Positions 10,640-19,649 of a DNA stretch of 64,000 bases are shown here, piece by piece; positions within the stretch are counted from its first letter, which is position 1, and each line of letters begins with the position of its first letter. The stretch lies in contig JAYUEN010000386.1 of assembly GCA_043739185.1 (NCBI GenBank), positions 1 through 64,000 on the forward strand, read 5' to 3'. The DNA is from Bdellovibrionales bacterium. GTDB lineage: Bacteria; Bdellovibrionota; Bdellovibrionia; Bdellovibrionales; JAMPXM01. A program made the translations under genes and the position numbers. The notes beneath the pieces were generated by a model. It saw only the letters and a list, made by a program, of their open reading frames with translations, did not search any database and was not told where the DNA came from.

Positions 10640-11280
10640 TAAGGAAGTTTATTAAAAAACTTTATACAGTTTTCAAGTTCTTTAGAGCCAGTAAACTCAA
10701 TGGGAGTCTTAGTTGGCCAGGATCCCGACGCCAGTTTAAATTTTTCAGGTGCATGTTGGTACAGATAGTAATTGAAAATATCAGGTGGCAAATCAAAAGC
10801 TTGAGCACTTTGAGTTTTTCTCCATAGGCTGGTATTTTTTGGGCAGAGAAAGTCACGATATCGAGATGGCGTATAATTATTTAGTGATGATGCGAATTGA
10901 TCCACTTGAAAAACCACAGCGCGCGTATTTTTCTTTACATGAATTCGATTCGTCACCACCGCTTTAATGAGCGGTAGGAGCTTATCATTATGTTCAGGGC
11001 AGTTTGCGGCAAGAGCTTCGGAGTAAACGATACGATTGACTAAATCCTCATCTGTATCTGTTGCTAGAGACGTGCGAAATCCCTTGTATTTAAATTCATT
11101 TTTTGAATTTTGTTTTTCAATATCTAAAATGTTTTGCACTTCTTCAGGATTGTCTACACATTTTGGCAGCGCGGACTCGGACTTCAATTGTTTAGTTCCC
11201 GCGCCACCACCAGCGGTTTCATTGGCGTGAGTCGAAATCCCAACTAGAGAAATAACAAGACAGACGAAAAAAATTTTCAC
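10633..11280 (-). CDS. secreted SleB/Hydrolase_2-like cell wall hydrolase
   Basis: Signal peptide; RIVYSEA (candidate catalytic Glu), AVVTNR and VVFQ..QF pattern. Confidence 0.6.
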   Translation of the reverse strand: MKIFFVCLVISLVGISTHANETAGGGAGTKQLKSESALPKCVDNPEEVQNILDIEKQNSKNEFKYKGFRTSLATDTDEDLVNRIVYSEALAANCPEHNDKLLPLIKAVVTNRIHVKKNTRAVVFQVDQFASSLNNYTPSRYRDFLCPKNTSLWRKTQSAQAFDLPPDIFNYYLYQHAPEKFKLASGSWPTKTPIEFTGSKELENCIKFFNKLPYH

Positions 11281-11300
11281 GGTGCCCCCTGTAAGCTTAA

Positions 11301-11329
11301 AGTTTAGCCGGCGGGAAATTACTTTTCAA
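11301..11329 (-). promoter_or_regulatory. sigma70-type promoter TTGAAA-N17-TAAACT
   Basis: Canonical spacing, directly upstream of the hydrolase gene. Confidence 0.5.
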
Positions 11330-11341
11330 GGTGTATGATTT

Positions 11342-12766
11342 TTACTGAATACTGGGACGCCAAATTTGAAGAGCTTCAATCGTGCCCGCCGCATGAAAGG
11401 CCTGAGTACTGGGGTCCCAATACGAATCTGCCATACCAAGTGCATCTGAAGTTGTGGCTAAATTTTGACTTGGCTTTGAGCTGAGAAAGCGCACCAGGCC
11501 TTGATCCTGCTTTTTGGTTTTGGCAAAAATCAAAGACTCTTGATCGAAAACTGCAAATTGAACTTTGCGATTCAGTCTTGCAAATTTGTCAAAATCAAAG
11601 AGGTTCAAGGGATCTAAATGAAGCATTTCGCGTGTGGGAAGCTTTATTGCCAATATTTTTTTCACTTTGAATTTAATATTTTCAATTTCTTCAAGTGCGG
11701 TTAAACTTTTGACCGAAAGGACAAGCGTGTGAATTGAGAGCGAAGCCATATCTTTTTTGCTGAGCCAAATATTAGAGGGTCGCAACAATATGCCATCTTG
11801 ATTTTGAATGGCATAGCTGAAGCTAGGCTCGAGTACCGCTAAATCAGAACTGATAAGTACATTTAAATTAAGAGTAGCGGCAGATAATAATTTATGAACG
11901 CCGAAGACAGAAAAACATTGATTTACGAACGGCACTAAGTCTTTGACTGGTAAAAAATCTAATTCTGCTATGCGCCGAGTGGTATTAAAATAAGCCATTT
12001 TTCGCAAATTCTCGATGCGATCATTTAGGCTGAGATTCGAAGCATACTTTAAAGACTGAATTAAAAAGTATTTACGTAAACTTAAAGGATTTATTAAATT
12101 TTCTCTAGCTGTTGAGTTTTCGGGGTGCCGTAAAGTCAATGGTGGGACCCATTGAGAATTCAAAACAACTTGGGTTGAAGCGATATGTGATAAAAGATCG
12201 TCTAAATGACTCGCATCAAAGTCTGCTTTTTTTAGAGACAACTCGCGCTCAGAGTCGGGTAGGCCCAACTCAAATTTCGAGTGTGCTGCGGCCCAAAACA
12301 AATCAGCAAAAAGAATCTGTTGAAGGCGTTCCGAATTATTTCTTACCGATGCATTTTGCAAATACCAATTCTGCAAAAGAGCATGAGCAATTTGCCCTGA
12401 CGAAAGAGCGTATGCGGTCCCAAGCTCAATAAAGTCGATGTTCACTTCAAACGCGAAAGGGTTTTGAGATGAAATTCTTAGCTCAGTAGGAAACATACTT
12501 TGATTGATCTTCAAAGCTTGAAAGAGCGCTTTCAATTCGTGTAAGTCATGCAATATATTTGGCCAGCGATTTCGAATACGTATGATATCGTCGGTATTCA
12601 ATCGAGTTACGTCCAAACGCGAAATGAGTTCTTGGGGGGCAGAGAGTTCAGGCTTGAATGAGGCGTTTGCCATATAGACGAGGGCTGCGCAGGATAAGCT
12701 CGTCCAGACGGCTAAAAAGATACGAAATTTTGACATTTCTAACAAGCGCTCAATCATATTAAGCAT
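11342..12766 (-). CDS. hypothetical exported/membrane-anchored protein
   Basis: 474-aa ORF with N-terminal hydrophobic segment; GGAGAGG RBS. Confidence 0.8.
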   Translation of the reverse strand: MLNMIERLLEMSKFRIFLAVWTSLSCAALVYMANASFKPELSAPQELISRLDVTRLNTDDIIRIRNRWPNILHDLHELKALFQALKINQSMFPTELRISSQNPFAFEVNIDFIELGTAYALSSGQIAHALLQNWYLQNASVRNNSERLQQILFADLFWAAAHSKFELGLPDSERELSLKKADFDASHLDDLLSHIASTQVVLNSQWVPPLTLRHPENSTARENLINPLSLRKYFLIQSLKYASNLSLNDRIENLRKMAYFNTTRRIAELDFLPVKDLVPFVNQCFSVFGVHKLLSAATLNLNVLISSDLAVLEPSFSYAIQNQDGILLRPSNIWLSKKDMASLSIHTLVLSVKSLTALEEIENIKFKVKKILAIKLPTREMLHLDPLNLFDFDKFARLNRKVQFAVFDQESLIFAKTKKQDQGLVRFLSSKPSQNLATTSDALGMADSYWDPSTQAFHAAGTIEALQIWRPSIQ

Positions 12767-12800
12767 AGCAGCCTCTCCGCCGTAGCACGGCTTTGAAGAA

Positions 12801-12816
12801 TGCAGAAAGGGTGCCT
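12801..12816 (-). promoter_or_regulatory. sigma54 (-24/-12) promoter AGGCACCCTTTCTGCA
   Basis: GG-N10-GC spacing with GGCAC core, 35 nt upstream of the 12766 start. Confidence 0.65.
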
Positions 12817-12941
12817 AAATAAATTGAGATAAAGTTGAACCCATTTGAACAGAGGATTGAGAGTGCCAAATTTGAGCTTTTCAGGAAAAAAATTAGGCAG
12901 GAAAAAAGTTTAAGAAAGAGAGGCTTTGGCACTGTCTTCTT

Positions 12942-12969
12942 TTGGTTGGAGTAGTTTCAGCTTTAGAAT
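12942..12969 (+). promoter_or_regulatory. putative sigma70 promoter (TTGGTT-N16-TAGAAT) for the candidate ncRNA
   Basis: TAGAAT at 12964-12969 places +1 near 12976-12977, at the 5' edge of the structured element. Confidence 0.45.
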
Positions 12970-12976
12970 TTTAATC

Positions 12977-13160
12977 AGTTTTCGTGGTAGCCGCAGCGGT
13001 TAGCCGATTGGCTGTTTCGGTCTCGAAGTTCTGGATCTGCTGCCGTTAACCGAATTCGAGAAACCGCACGCTGAAGGTTTAACATACTTCAGGCGCGACC
13101 TTGCAAAATGACATTGATAATAAATTGTCGCTGTATACCAAGGTTGCGTTGGCGGAAAAC
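12977..13160 (+). ncRNA. candidate structured non-coding RNA (unassigned family)
   Basis: Closing stem GTTTTC/GAAAAC enclosing four hairpins; G-U pairs favour the + strand; own promoter-like motif. Confidence 0.55.
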
Positions 13161-13166
13161 GAAGCC

Positions 13167-14090
13167 CTAGAGGGTCTTCGCTACTCGAGACGGCAACTCA
13201 TGCCCAAGTTCTGTGGCCATAATTTTATTTATATTTCCGAGTTGATTTAAATTGATTCCGGTTCGATAGCCCATTGCATGGAGCATAAAGATCACATCTT
13301 CGGTGGCAACATTTCCGGTAGCACTTTTTGCATAAGGGCAGCCTCCGATCCCACCGAGGCTTGAATCAAATGTGCGAATGCCCAAATCCAAAGAGACGAG
13401 AATATTTGCCAGCGCGGTTCCGCGGGTATCGTGATAATGCATGGCCAGCTTTTTCGCACCAACGGCCGCTATTAATTTGGGAATAAGTTTTCGAACTTGG
13501 GCGGGATTGGCAATGCCAATGGTATCGCCAATCGAAACCTCATAGGCACCCAGTGCAATGAGCTTTTTAGTAAGTGAGACCACCACGGATTCAGAAATCT
13601 TTCCTTCAAAGGGACAGCCAAAGCACATACTTAAATAAGCGCGTATACGAATTTTATTCTTGCGAGCGAGATCAATTACAGCTTTATATCGCAAAAGGCT
13701 TGCAGCAATTGTACAATTGATATTCTTTTTTGAAAAAGTCTCACTTGCAGAAACAAAAATTGCGACTTCTTTGGCGCCAGCTTGAATGGCAGTCTGCATG
13801 CCTTGTTCATTGGGCACCAAATAAGCCCAAGATAAATTTTTTGAAAGCAGCCCTGAGCTTTGAGCTCGGGCAATTTTTTCACAAAGCTCCAAAGAGCCGG
13901 ACATCTGTGGAACCCATTTACTCGACACAAAGGCGCCGGCTTCAATGCGTTTGATCCCTGCTTGCGCGAGCAGCGTAACGAACTTAAAGCGTGCATCTAC
14001 AGAGAGGTTTCGACTTTCGTTTTGGAGTCCATCACGAGGTCCCACTTCTACAATTGAAACCATTTTAGAAAAAACTTTGGCCTTTCTCAT
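13167..14090 (-). CDS. liuE: hydroxymethylglutaryl-CoA lyase
   Basis: EVGPRDGLQNE, HYHDTRG and GGCPYA..GNVATED motifs. Confidence 0.95.
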   Translation of the reverse strand: MRKAKVFSKMVSIVEVGPRDGLQNESRNLSVDARFKFVTLLAQAGIKRIEAGAFVSSKWVPQMSGSLELCEKIARAQSSGLLSKNLSWAYLVPNEQGMQTAIQAGAKEVAIFVSASETFSKKNINCTIAASLLRYKAVIDLARKNKIRIRAYLSMCFGCPFEGKISESVVVSLTKKLIALGAYEVSIGDTIGIANPAQVRKLIPKLIAAVGAKKLAMHYHDTRGTALANILVSLDLGIRTFDSSLGGIGGCPYAKSATGNVATEDVIFMLHAMGYRTGINLNQLGNINKIMATELGHELPSRVAKTL

Positions 14091-14479
14091 TTTGAATCTG
14101 TCTTTTCAATTACGGCAAGAGTGGTGCCGAGAGCAACTTGAGAGTCCACATTAAAACAAATGTCCTTTACCGTCCCGGTCACCTGAGCTTTCAGGGCGTA
14201 TTCCATTTTCATGGCCTCCATCACCAAGACGTTTTGGTTTTCAACAACATGATCCCCGAGCTTTACTAATATTTTAGTAATTTTTCCTGGCATGGGTGAA
14301 ATGATATTTCCGGTTTTTAGCGCTGCGGACTTTGACGACTTAGTCTTTGCAGATGAAGACTCGGTGAGAGCAGAAACCGTAAAGGTCCGACCGCCGAAAT
14401 GTATCCAAATTTGATCATCAACAAGCTGGGCATTTCCTGATAGAATGTCGCCATTCTTTTCAAATTTTAGTTTTTTCAT
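14087..14479 (-). CDS. biotin carboxyl carrier subunit of methylcrotonyl-CoA carboxylase
   Basis: SPMPG and EAMKM biotinylation motif; likely start 14479 overlapping the biotin carboxylase stop (ATGA). Confidence 0.9.
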   Translation of the reverse strand: MKKLKFEKNGDILSGNAQLVDDQIWIHFGGRTFTVSALTESSSAKTKSSKSAALKTGNIISPMPGKITKILVKLGDHVVENQNVLVMEAMKMEYALKAQVTGTVKDICFNVDSQVALGTTLAVIEKTDSK

Positions 14480-15951
14480 ATGGCTCTCCACGGCGAATTC
14501 CAAGGATTGGTTGCGGCTTTTGGGGAAGTGGTGCGCGACTTCAGAGAGGTTTTACACAAGTTTGCGAATTCAAGTTCTTGCGAAGTTAAATCTTCGGCTT
14601 TCAATGCTTCCGGAAAAAATTGAGCGATAAATTGCGTATTCATTTTGCCACTGACAAATTCTGGATGTTGCAAAATTGCTGTTAAATAATCAAAATTTAT
14701 ATGAACGCCAAACACAAAGCTTTCTTTCAATGTACGCAATAACTTTTGAATCGCACGCGGCCTGGTTTCATCCCAAACGATAATCTTGGCAATCATCGAA
14801 TCATAATAGGGTGTGATGGTATCGCCGGCCTCGAAACCAACTTCAAAGCGTCGGCCTGGTGCCTCTGCAAAATGAGTGGCGGTAATTTTGCCGGTCGAAG
14901 GCATGCCGTTTTCATAGGGATTTTCGGCATAGATGCGCGCCTCAATGGCATGACCTCTGGGGATAAGCTCATTTTGCTTCCATAAAACAAAGCTCCCAGT
15001 GGCATTTAAAATTTGCGCTTTGACCAAATCAATTCCAAGCAATAATTCTGTGACCGGATGTTCGACTTGTAGCCGAGTATTCATTTCTAAAAAATAAAAT
15101 TTTTCGTCTTGAACTAAAAACTCAACAGTTCCTGCACCTTGATAGTGAGCGTTTTCGGCAAGTGAGACTGCGGCGGCAGCCATTTGCGAGCGCAAGCCAG
15201 AACTCAATGTCGCGGACTGGGCTTCTTCAATAATTTTTTGATGTCGACGTTGAATCGTACATTCTCTTTCAAAAAGATGAACACATTTTCCGAGATGATC
15301 ACCAAAGATTTGAAATTCTATATGCTTGGCATGGTCCAAATATTTTTCTAAAAATACAATATTCGAACCAAACGCACTCAAAGCTTCACGTTTTGCAGAT
15401 TGAATCTGCTCGGCCGCCTCGAGTTCAGTTTTAATAATTTTCATCCCTCGTCCGCCACCGCCAGCTGCGGCCTTTACAATGACGGGAAAGCCAATTTTTT
15501 TGGATTCCGAAATTAAATGCGCAAGCTCTTGATTCTCGCCCATATATCCGGGAACTGCCGGAACGCCTGCTGCCGCGATCAGCTTTTTAGCTGAAATTTT
15601 ATCTCCTAAAAGACGAATACTTTTTGCCGAAGGGCCAACAAAAATAAGACCAGCCTTTACACAGGCTTCAGCAAAATCTGCGTTCTCAGATAGAAATCCA
15701 AACCCAGGATGAATGGCATCTGCACCAGCTGAAAGGGCGCCTTTCACATTGGCCGAGATATTCAAATAACTTTCTGCCGTCGGCGCGGGACCTATACAAA
15801 GAGTTTCATCGCTTAGGCGATATGCGATGGTGGCCACATCGGCATCTGAGTGTAATAAAACAGTCGCAATTCCCAATTCATGACAAGCATGAATGATTCG
15901 CACTGCGACCTCACCGCGATTTGCAATTGCCAGTTTCTTTATTTTTTTCAT
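14476..15951 (-). CDS. liuD: biotin carboxylase subunit (methylcrotonyl-CoA carboxylase alpha)
   Basis: IANRGE, HPGFGFLSEN, GGGGRGM and EMNTRLQVEH motifs. Confidence 0.88.
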   Translation of the reverse strand: MKKIKKLAIANRGEVAVRIIHACHELGIATVLLHSDADVATIAYRLSDETLCIGPAPTAESYLNISANVKGALSAGADAIHPGFGFLSENADFAEACVKAGLIFVGPSAKSIRLLGDKISAKKLIAAAGVPAVPGYMGENQELAHLISESKKIGFPVIVKAAAGGGGRGMKIIKTELEAAEQIQSAKREALSAFGSNIVFLEKYLDHAKHIEFQIFGDHLGKCVHLFERECTIQRRHQKIIEEAQSATLSSGLRSQMAAAAVSLAENAHYQGAGTVEFLVQDEKFYFLEMNTRLQVEHPVTELLLGIDLVKAQILNATGSFVLWKQNELIPRGHAIEARIYAENPYENGMPSTGKITATHFAEAPGRRFEVGFEAGDTITPYYDSMIAKIIVWDETRPRAIQKLLRTLKESFVFGVHINFDYLTAILQHPEFVSGKMNTQFIAQFFPEALKAEDLTSQELEFANLCKTSLKSRTTSPKAATNPWNSPWRAI

Positions 15952-16751
15952 TTGATGGCCCGAGTGATTTTAAATTTAGGTTGAGTTTTACTGAGAAATG
16001 CTTGGAGACCATCCTGTCCTTCAGCGCTGGCTCGCCTGGTGGCAATCATGCGAGAACACTCGGACTCAAGCTTTGAAAAATCTTTTTCATATAAACAGAA
16101 TTTTATGAGGCGCTTGGTTTCGCGAACGGCTTCTGGCCCTGAAGAAAAAAGAGATTTTAGTATTGCAGATACAAACAAATCACATTCAGCTTGAGAGCCA
16201 ACAAAATGAATGAGGCCGCTGGCAAGAGCTTCAGCGGCTGCGAACTTATCGCCGGTGAGCATATAGCGACGCGCCGAGCTTGAGCTCATTTTTTCTAAAA
16301 CAAAAGGCGAGATAACAGCCGGGACAATTCCAAGTCGTACTTCACTTAGGGCAAATTCAGTTTTTTCAACAGCGGCAACAATATCGCAAACCGCAGTCAA
16401 GCCGACGCCACCACCCATTGCATGGCCATGAACCAAGCCAATGAGCGGGACTTCACAGTTTTTCATAAGCGAAAACATTGAAAATAAATCTCGAGCATCA
16501 TTTTGGTTTTGTTCGAAACTAAATTTCGCCATCGACTTCATCCACTCTAAATCGCCGCCAGCGCAAAAGCTATTGCCAGAGCCAGAAAGAACGACGGCAC
16601 GCAAATCTGAAAGCAGAGGAATTTGAATTTTAAAAACTTCTTCAATTTCTGAAATCATTTCAGGATTAAAAGCATTGCGGACTTCTGGTCGGTGTAGGAC
16701 CAAACGAGCAATGTGATCATGATGACTAAATTGAATATGTTTGAATTTCAT
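15948..16751 (-). CDS. liuC: methylglutaconyl-CoA hydratase (crotonase family)
   Basis: FCAGGDL, GGGVGL and LSEVRLGIVPAVISP motifs; liu cluster context. Confidence 0.85.
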   Translation of the reverse strand: MKFKHIQFSHHDHIARLVLHRPEVRNAFNPEMISEIEEVFKIQIPLLSDLRAVVLSGSGNSFCAGGDLEWMKSMAKFSFEQNQNDARDLFSMFSLMKNCEVPLIGLVHGHAMGGGVGLTAVCDIVAAVEKTEFALSEVRLGIVPAVISPFVLEKMSSSSARRYMLTGDKFAAAEALASGLIHFVGSQAECDLFVSAILKSLFSSGPEAVRETKRLIKFCLYEKDFSKLESECSRMIATRRASAEGQDGLQAFLSKTQPKFKITRAIK

Positions 16752-16777
16752 TGGCCCTCATTTATTTGAGCAAAAAA

Positions 16778-18379
16778 TTACATTCGAAAAATACCTTGGC
16801 GTGATGCATCCCATTTTTGATGAAGGCTCGCACGAATGCCAAGAGCCAATACTTGGCGCGTGTCTTTTGGATCAATAATGCCGTCATCCCAAAGTCTCGC
16901 ACTTGAATAATAAGCCGAACTTTCGCGCTCATACTTCTCTAAAATGGGAGCTTTAAAAGCTGATTGTTCAGCCGCCGTCATTTTCTTATCGGGAGATTGC
17001 TCCATTTTAACGGTGAGTAAGACATTTGCGGCTTGCTCTCCGCCCATTACTGAGATCCGCGCATTTGGCCACATCCAGAGTTGTCTGGGTTGGTAAGCTC
17101 TTCCGCACATCCCATAATTTCCGGCGCCATATGAACCGCCAAGGACCACGGTGAATTTCGGGACACTGGCGTTGCTAACGGCCATCACCATTTTGGCGCC
17201 ATGTTTGGCAATGCCTTCGTTTTCGTATTTGCGGCCAACCATAAAGCCAGTGATATTTTGCAGAAAAACCAAGGGGGTTCGACGTTTTTCACAAAGCTGA
17301 ATGAAGTGAGTTGCTTTCAATGCACTTTCGCTAAAAAGAACGCCATTGTTAGCAATGATCCCGATCGGCATACCGAAAATACGCGCGAAGCCAGTGACTA
17401 AAGTGGCGCCATAACTGGATTTAAACTCATGAAATTCGGACGCGTCAACAATGCGTGCAATGATTTCGCGAACATCATAAGGAATGCGTGCATCCTTAGG
17501 AACGACTCCGTAAATCTCATCTGCAGAATAAGCGGGCTCACGAACCTGGTGAATTTCAAAAGGAGAAAATTTTCTTTGATTTAAATTTGAGACGATATTG
17601 CGAGTAATTTGCAGGGCATCTTCGTCGTCTTCAGCAAGATGATCGGTAACACCGCTCACCGAAGAATGAACTTCGGCGCCACCCAAATCTTGAGCCGATA
17701 CAACTTCTCCGGTTGCCGCTTTAACTAGGGGTGGGCCGCCGAGAAAGATCGTACCATTCTCCCGCACAATGACATTTTCATCGCTCATGGCCGGAACATA
17801 GGCCCCACCGGCAGTACAACTTCCCATAACAACTGAAATTTGAGCTATTCCAAGCGCAGACATACGTGCTTGATTGTAAAAAATTCGACCGAAATGATCG
17901 CGGTCAGGAAAGACTTGATCCTGCATTGGCAAAAAAGCGCCGCCGCTGTCTACCAAATAAATACAAGGGAGCCCATTTTCGAGTGCAATTTCTTGCGCGC
18001 GCAAATGTTTCTTTACGGTCATCGGAAAATAAGTGCCGCCTTTTACGGTGGCATCATTTGCCACCACGACACAAGTGATCCCACTTACAATCCCGATGCC
18101 AGTGATAATACCTGCGCCGGGAGCTGCAGAATCATACATTTCGTAAGCGGCTAAGGTGCTAAACTCTAAAAAAGAAGTTGCAGGGTCTAATAACTTTTCA
18201 ATACGATCACGTGCGGTCAACTTACCGCGAGCGCGATGTTTTTTGGCTAACTCGACGCCGCCGCCATCTTTAGCAACTGAAATTCGATTTCGCCATTGGC
18301 CCACGAGCGCGAGCATGGCCTTTGAATTTTCAGAAAAATCGGAAGAGCCAGGGTCAATTTGTGAATTCAATACGTTCAT
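16778..18379 (-). CDS. liuB: methylcrotonyl-CoA carboxylase beta (carboxyltransferase)
   Basis: [18 protein letters not shown] and [12 protein letters not shown] motifs. Confidence 0.93.
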   Translation of the reverse strand: MNVLNSQIDPGSSDFSENSKAMLALVGQWRNRISVAKDGGGVELAKKHRARGKLTARDRIEKLLDPATSFLEFSTLAAYEMYDSAAPGAGIITGIGIVSGITCVVVANDATVKGGTYFPMTVKKHLRAQEIALENGLPCIYLVDSGGAFLPMQDQVFPDRDHFGRIFYNQARMSALGIAQISVVMGSCTAGGAYVPAMSDENVIVRENGTIFLGGPPLVKAATGEVVSAQDLGGAEVHSSVSGVTDHLAEDDEDALQITRNIVSNLNQRKFSPFEIHQVREPAYSADEIYGVVPKDARIPYDVREIIARIVDASEFHEFKSSYGATLVTGFARIFGMPIGIIANNGVLFSESALKATHFIQLCEKRRTPLVFLQNITGFMVGRKYENEGIAKHGAKMVMAVSNASVPKFTVVLGGSYGAGNYGMCGRAYQPRQLWMWPNARISVMGGEQAANVLLTVKMEQSPDKKMTAAEQSAFKAPILEKYERESSAYYSSARLWDDGIIDPKDTRQVLALGIRASLHQKWDASRQGIFRM

Positions 18380-18383
18380 ATAT

Positions 18384-19001
18384 TTAAGACTCTACTTTTG
18401 ATGAATTTTGAGAAATGGCAATTTTTTGATTCAAACTCCAACCAACTCTGGCTTTGGCGACTAATTTTTGCTCGTCAAAAATTTGAACTTCACTTTCGGT
18501 TGTGAGCTCCCCTTTTGACCGCAACTCAAATAGCATCTCTTCAATTTGAGATAAACTACAATTAAACAATGACCTCAGTGAGCCAAAGTCTTTATTGAGA
18601 ATTTCAACCTGAACGGAGGTCGCTCGCATACTAGATAACTTGGGGTCTAGGTGGCGCTCCCAAAACAAACGCGAAGTCAATTCTGCGAGAGTACTTATGG
18701 CACCGATGTGTAGCCTTTTTGAAGCATCTAAATTTTGAAAACTGTCAGGCAGCCGAATTTCGACTTTGAGGTCATCCCAAGACAATACTTTGAGGCCCAT
18801 AGTAGCTACGAAGGGATCATTGACCAATGACGCAAGATCTAAGAGGCGATTTTTAAGTCGAGCGGGCAGGTGATCTACATAAGGGGAAAGTGCTCGCGGA
18901 TTCAACAATGAAGCCAATACATTTCTCTTGGTTTCGGCGGGAATGAGTTGCCAAACCGCTAAGCCCACAGGAAACGAGTATTTCTTCAGGAAGCTTTTCA
19001 T
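18384..19001 (-). CDS. hotdog-fold thioesterase-like (DUF4442/YiiD-like) protein
   Basis: PF..TMGLKV..N....HIGAI.TLAE pattern. Confidence 0.6.
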   Translation of the reverse strand: MKSFLKKYSFPVGLAVWQLIPAETKRNVLASLLNPRALSPYVDHLPARLKNRLLDLASLVNDPFVATMGLKVLSWDDLKVEIRLPDSFQNLDASKRLHIGAISTLAELTSRLFWERHLDPKLSSMRATSVQVEILNKDFGSLRSLFNCSLSQIEEMLFELRSKGELTTESEVQIFDEQKLVAKARVGWSLNQKIAISQNSSKVES

Positions 19002-19187
19002 AATTTTAGGCGCTCTTTCTTAAACAAATGATTTGCCGAATACGTGCTAGAGTATTTAATATACGGAGATAGTTCAAATTATTTACTTAAAAAAGCTCTT
19101 CAAATGAGCGTGAGTATATGAAATGAATTGAGCATCTCAGTCAGGGCTTACGCACAACGGCTTAACTGCAGAACCAATGAGGTAGTG

Positions 19188-19649
19188 ATGAAATATATTT
19201 GGACTCTCGGTTTTCTGGTTTTGATGTCCGGGACTTGGTATATTTCGAATGCGGAGTCTAATTATAATATCGAAGACAATGCGCGCGCGGAAGCTAATTT
19301 TGCCAAGATGATCATCGATGCCATTAAAGCCAAGCGACCCAATGTCACCGATGTGCACTTTCTGCAGCTGTTTACAGAAGTCATTGAAGAAAACAAATTC
19401 ATGCGCGCTCACTTTAAATATGAAATCGAAGAGCCCACTTCTGGTGGGGATACCTCTACCCAACTTATTACTGGAGTGGCGCAGCTGCACTCGCAAGACG
19501 AAGGCGAGAGCTGGATGGTGCAAACACCAGAGTCAATTTCAGATGAAATTAATTTTAAAAACGGTGCCAAGATTTTTCACAGTCTCGATGCCGCCGAGTT
19601 AAATTCGCAACCAAAAACAATTCAAAAATCAGAAGAAAAGCATAAGTAA
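19188..19649 (+). CDS. hypothetical exported protein
   Basis: Probable start 19188 (GAGG RBS; MKYIWTLGFLV signal/TM); track ORF starts 19128. Confidence 0.75.
   Translation: MKYIWTLGFLVLMSGTWYISNAESNYNIEDNARAEANFAKMIIDAIKAKRPNVTDVHFLQLFTEVIEENKFMRAHFKYEIEEPTSGGDTSTQLITGVAQLHSQDEGESWMVQTPESISDEINFKNGAKIFHSLDAAELNSQPKTIQKSEEKHK

Noticed and set aside
12975..13085. 36-aa minus-strand ORF (MLNLQRAVSR...) over the structured element
   Set aside because: No RBS and no recognisable features; G-U asymmetry and promoter position favour a + strand RNA.
12977..13160. Assignment of the element as 6S RNA or a MITE
   Set aside because: Length fits 6S, but the fold is multibranched rather than one rod with a central bubble. 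The terminal repeat is only 6 bp, with no target-site duplication or second copy in the window.
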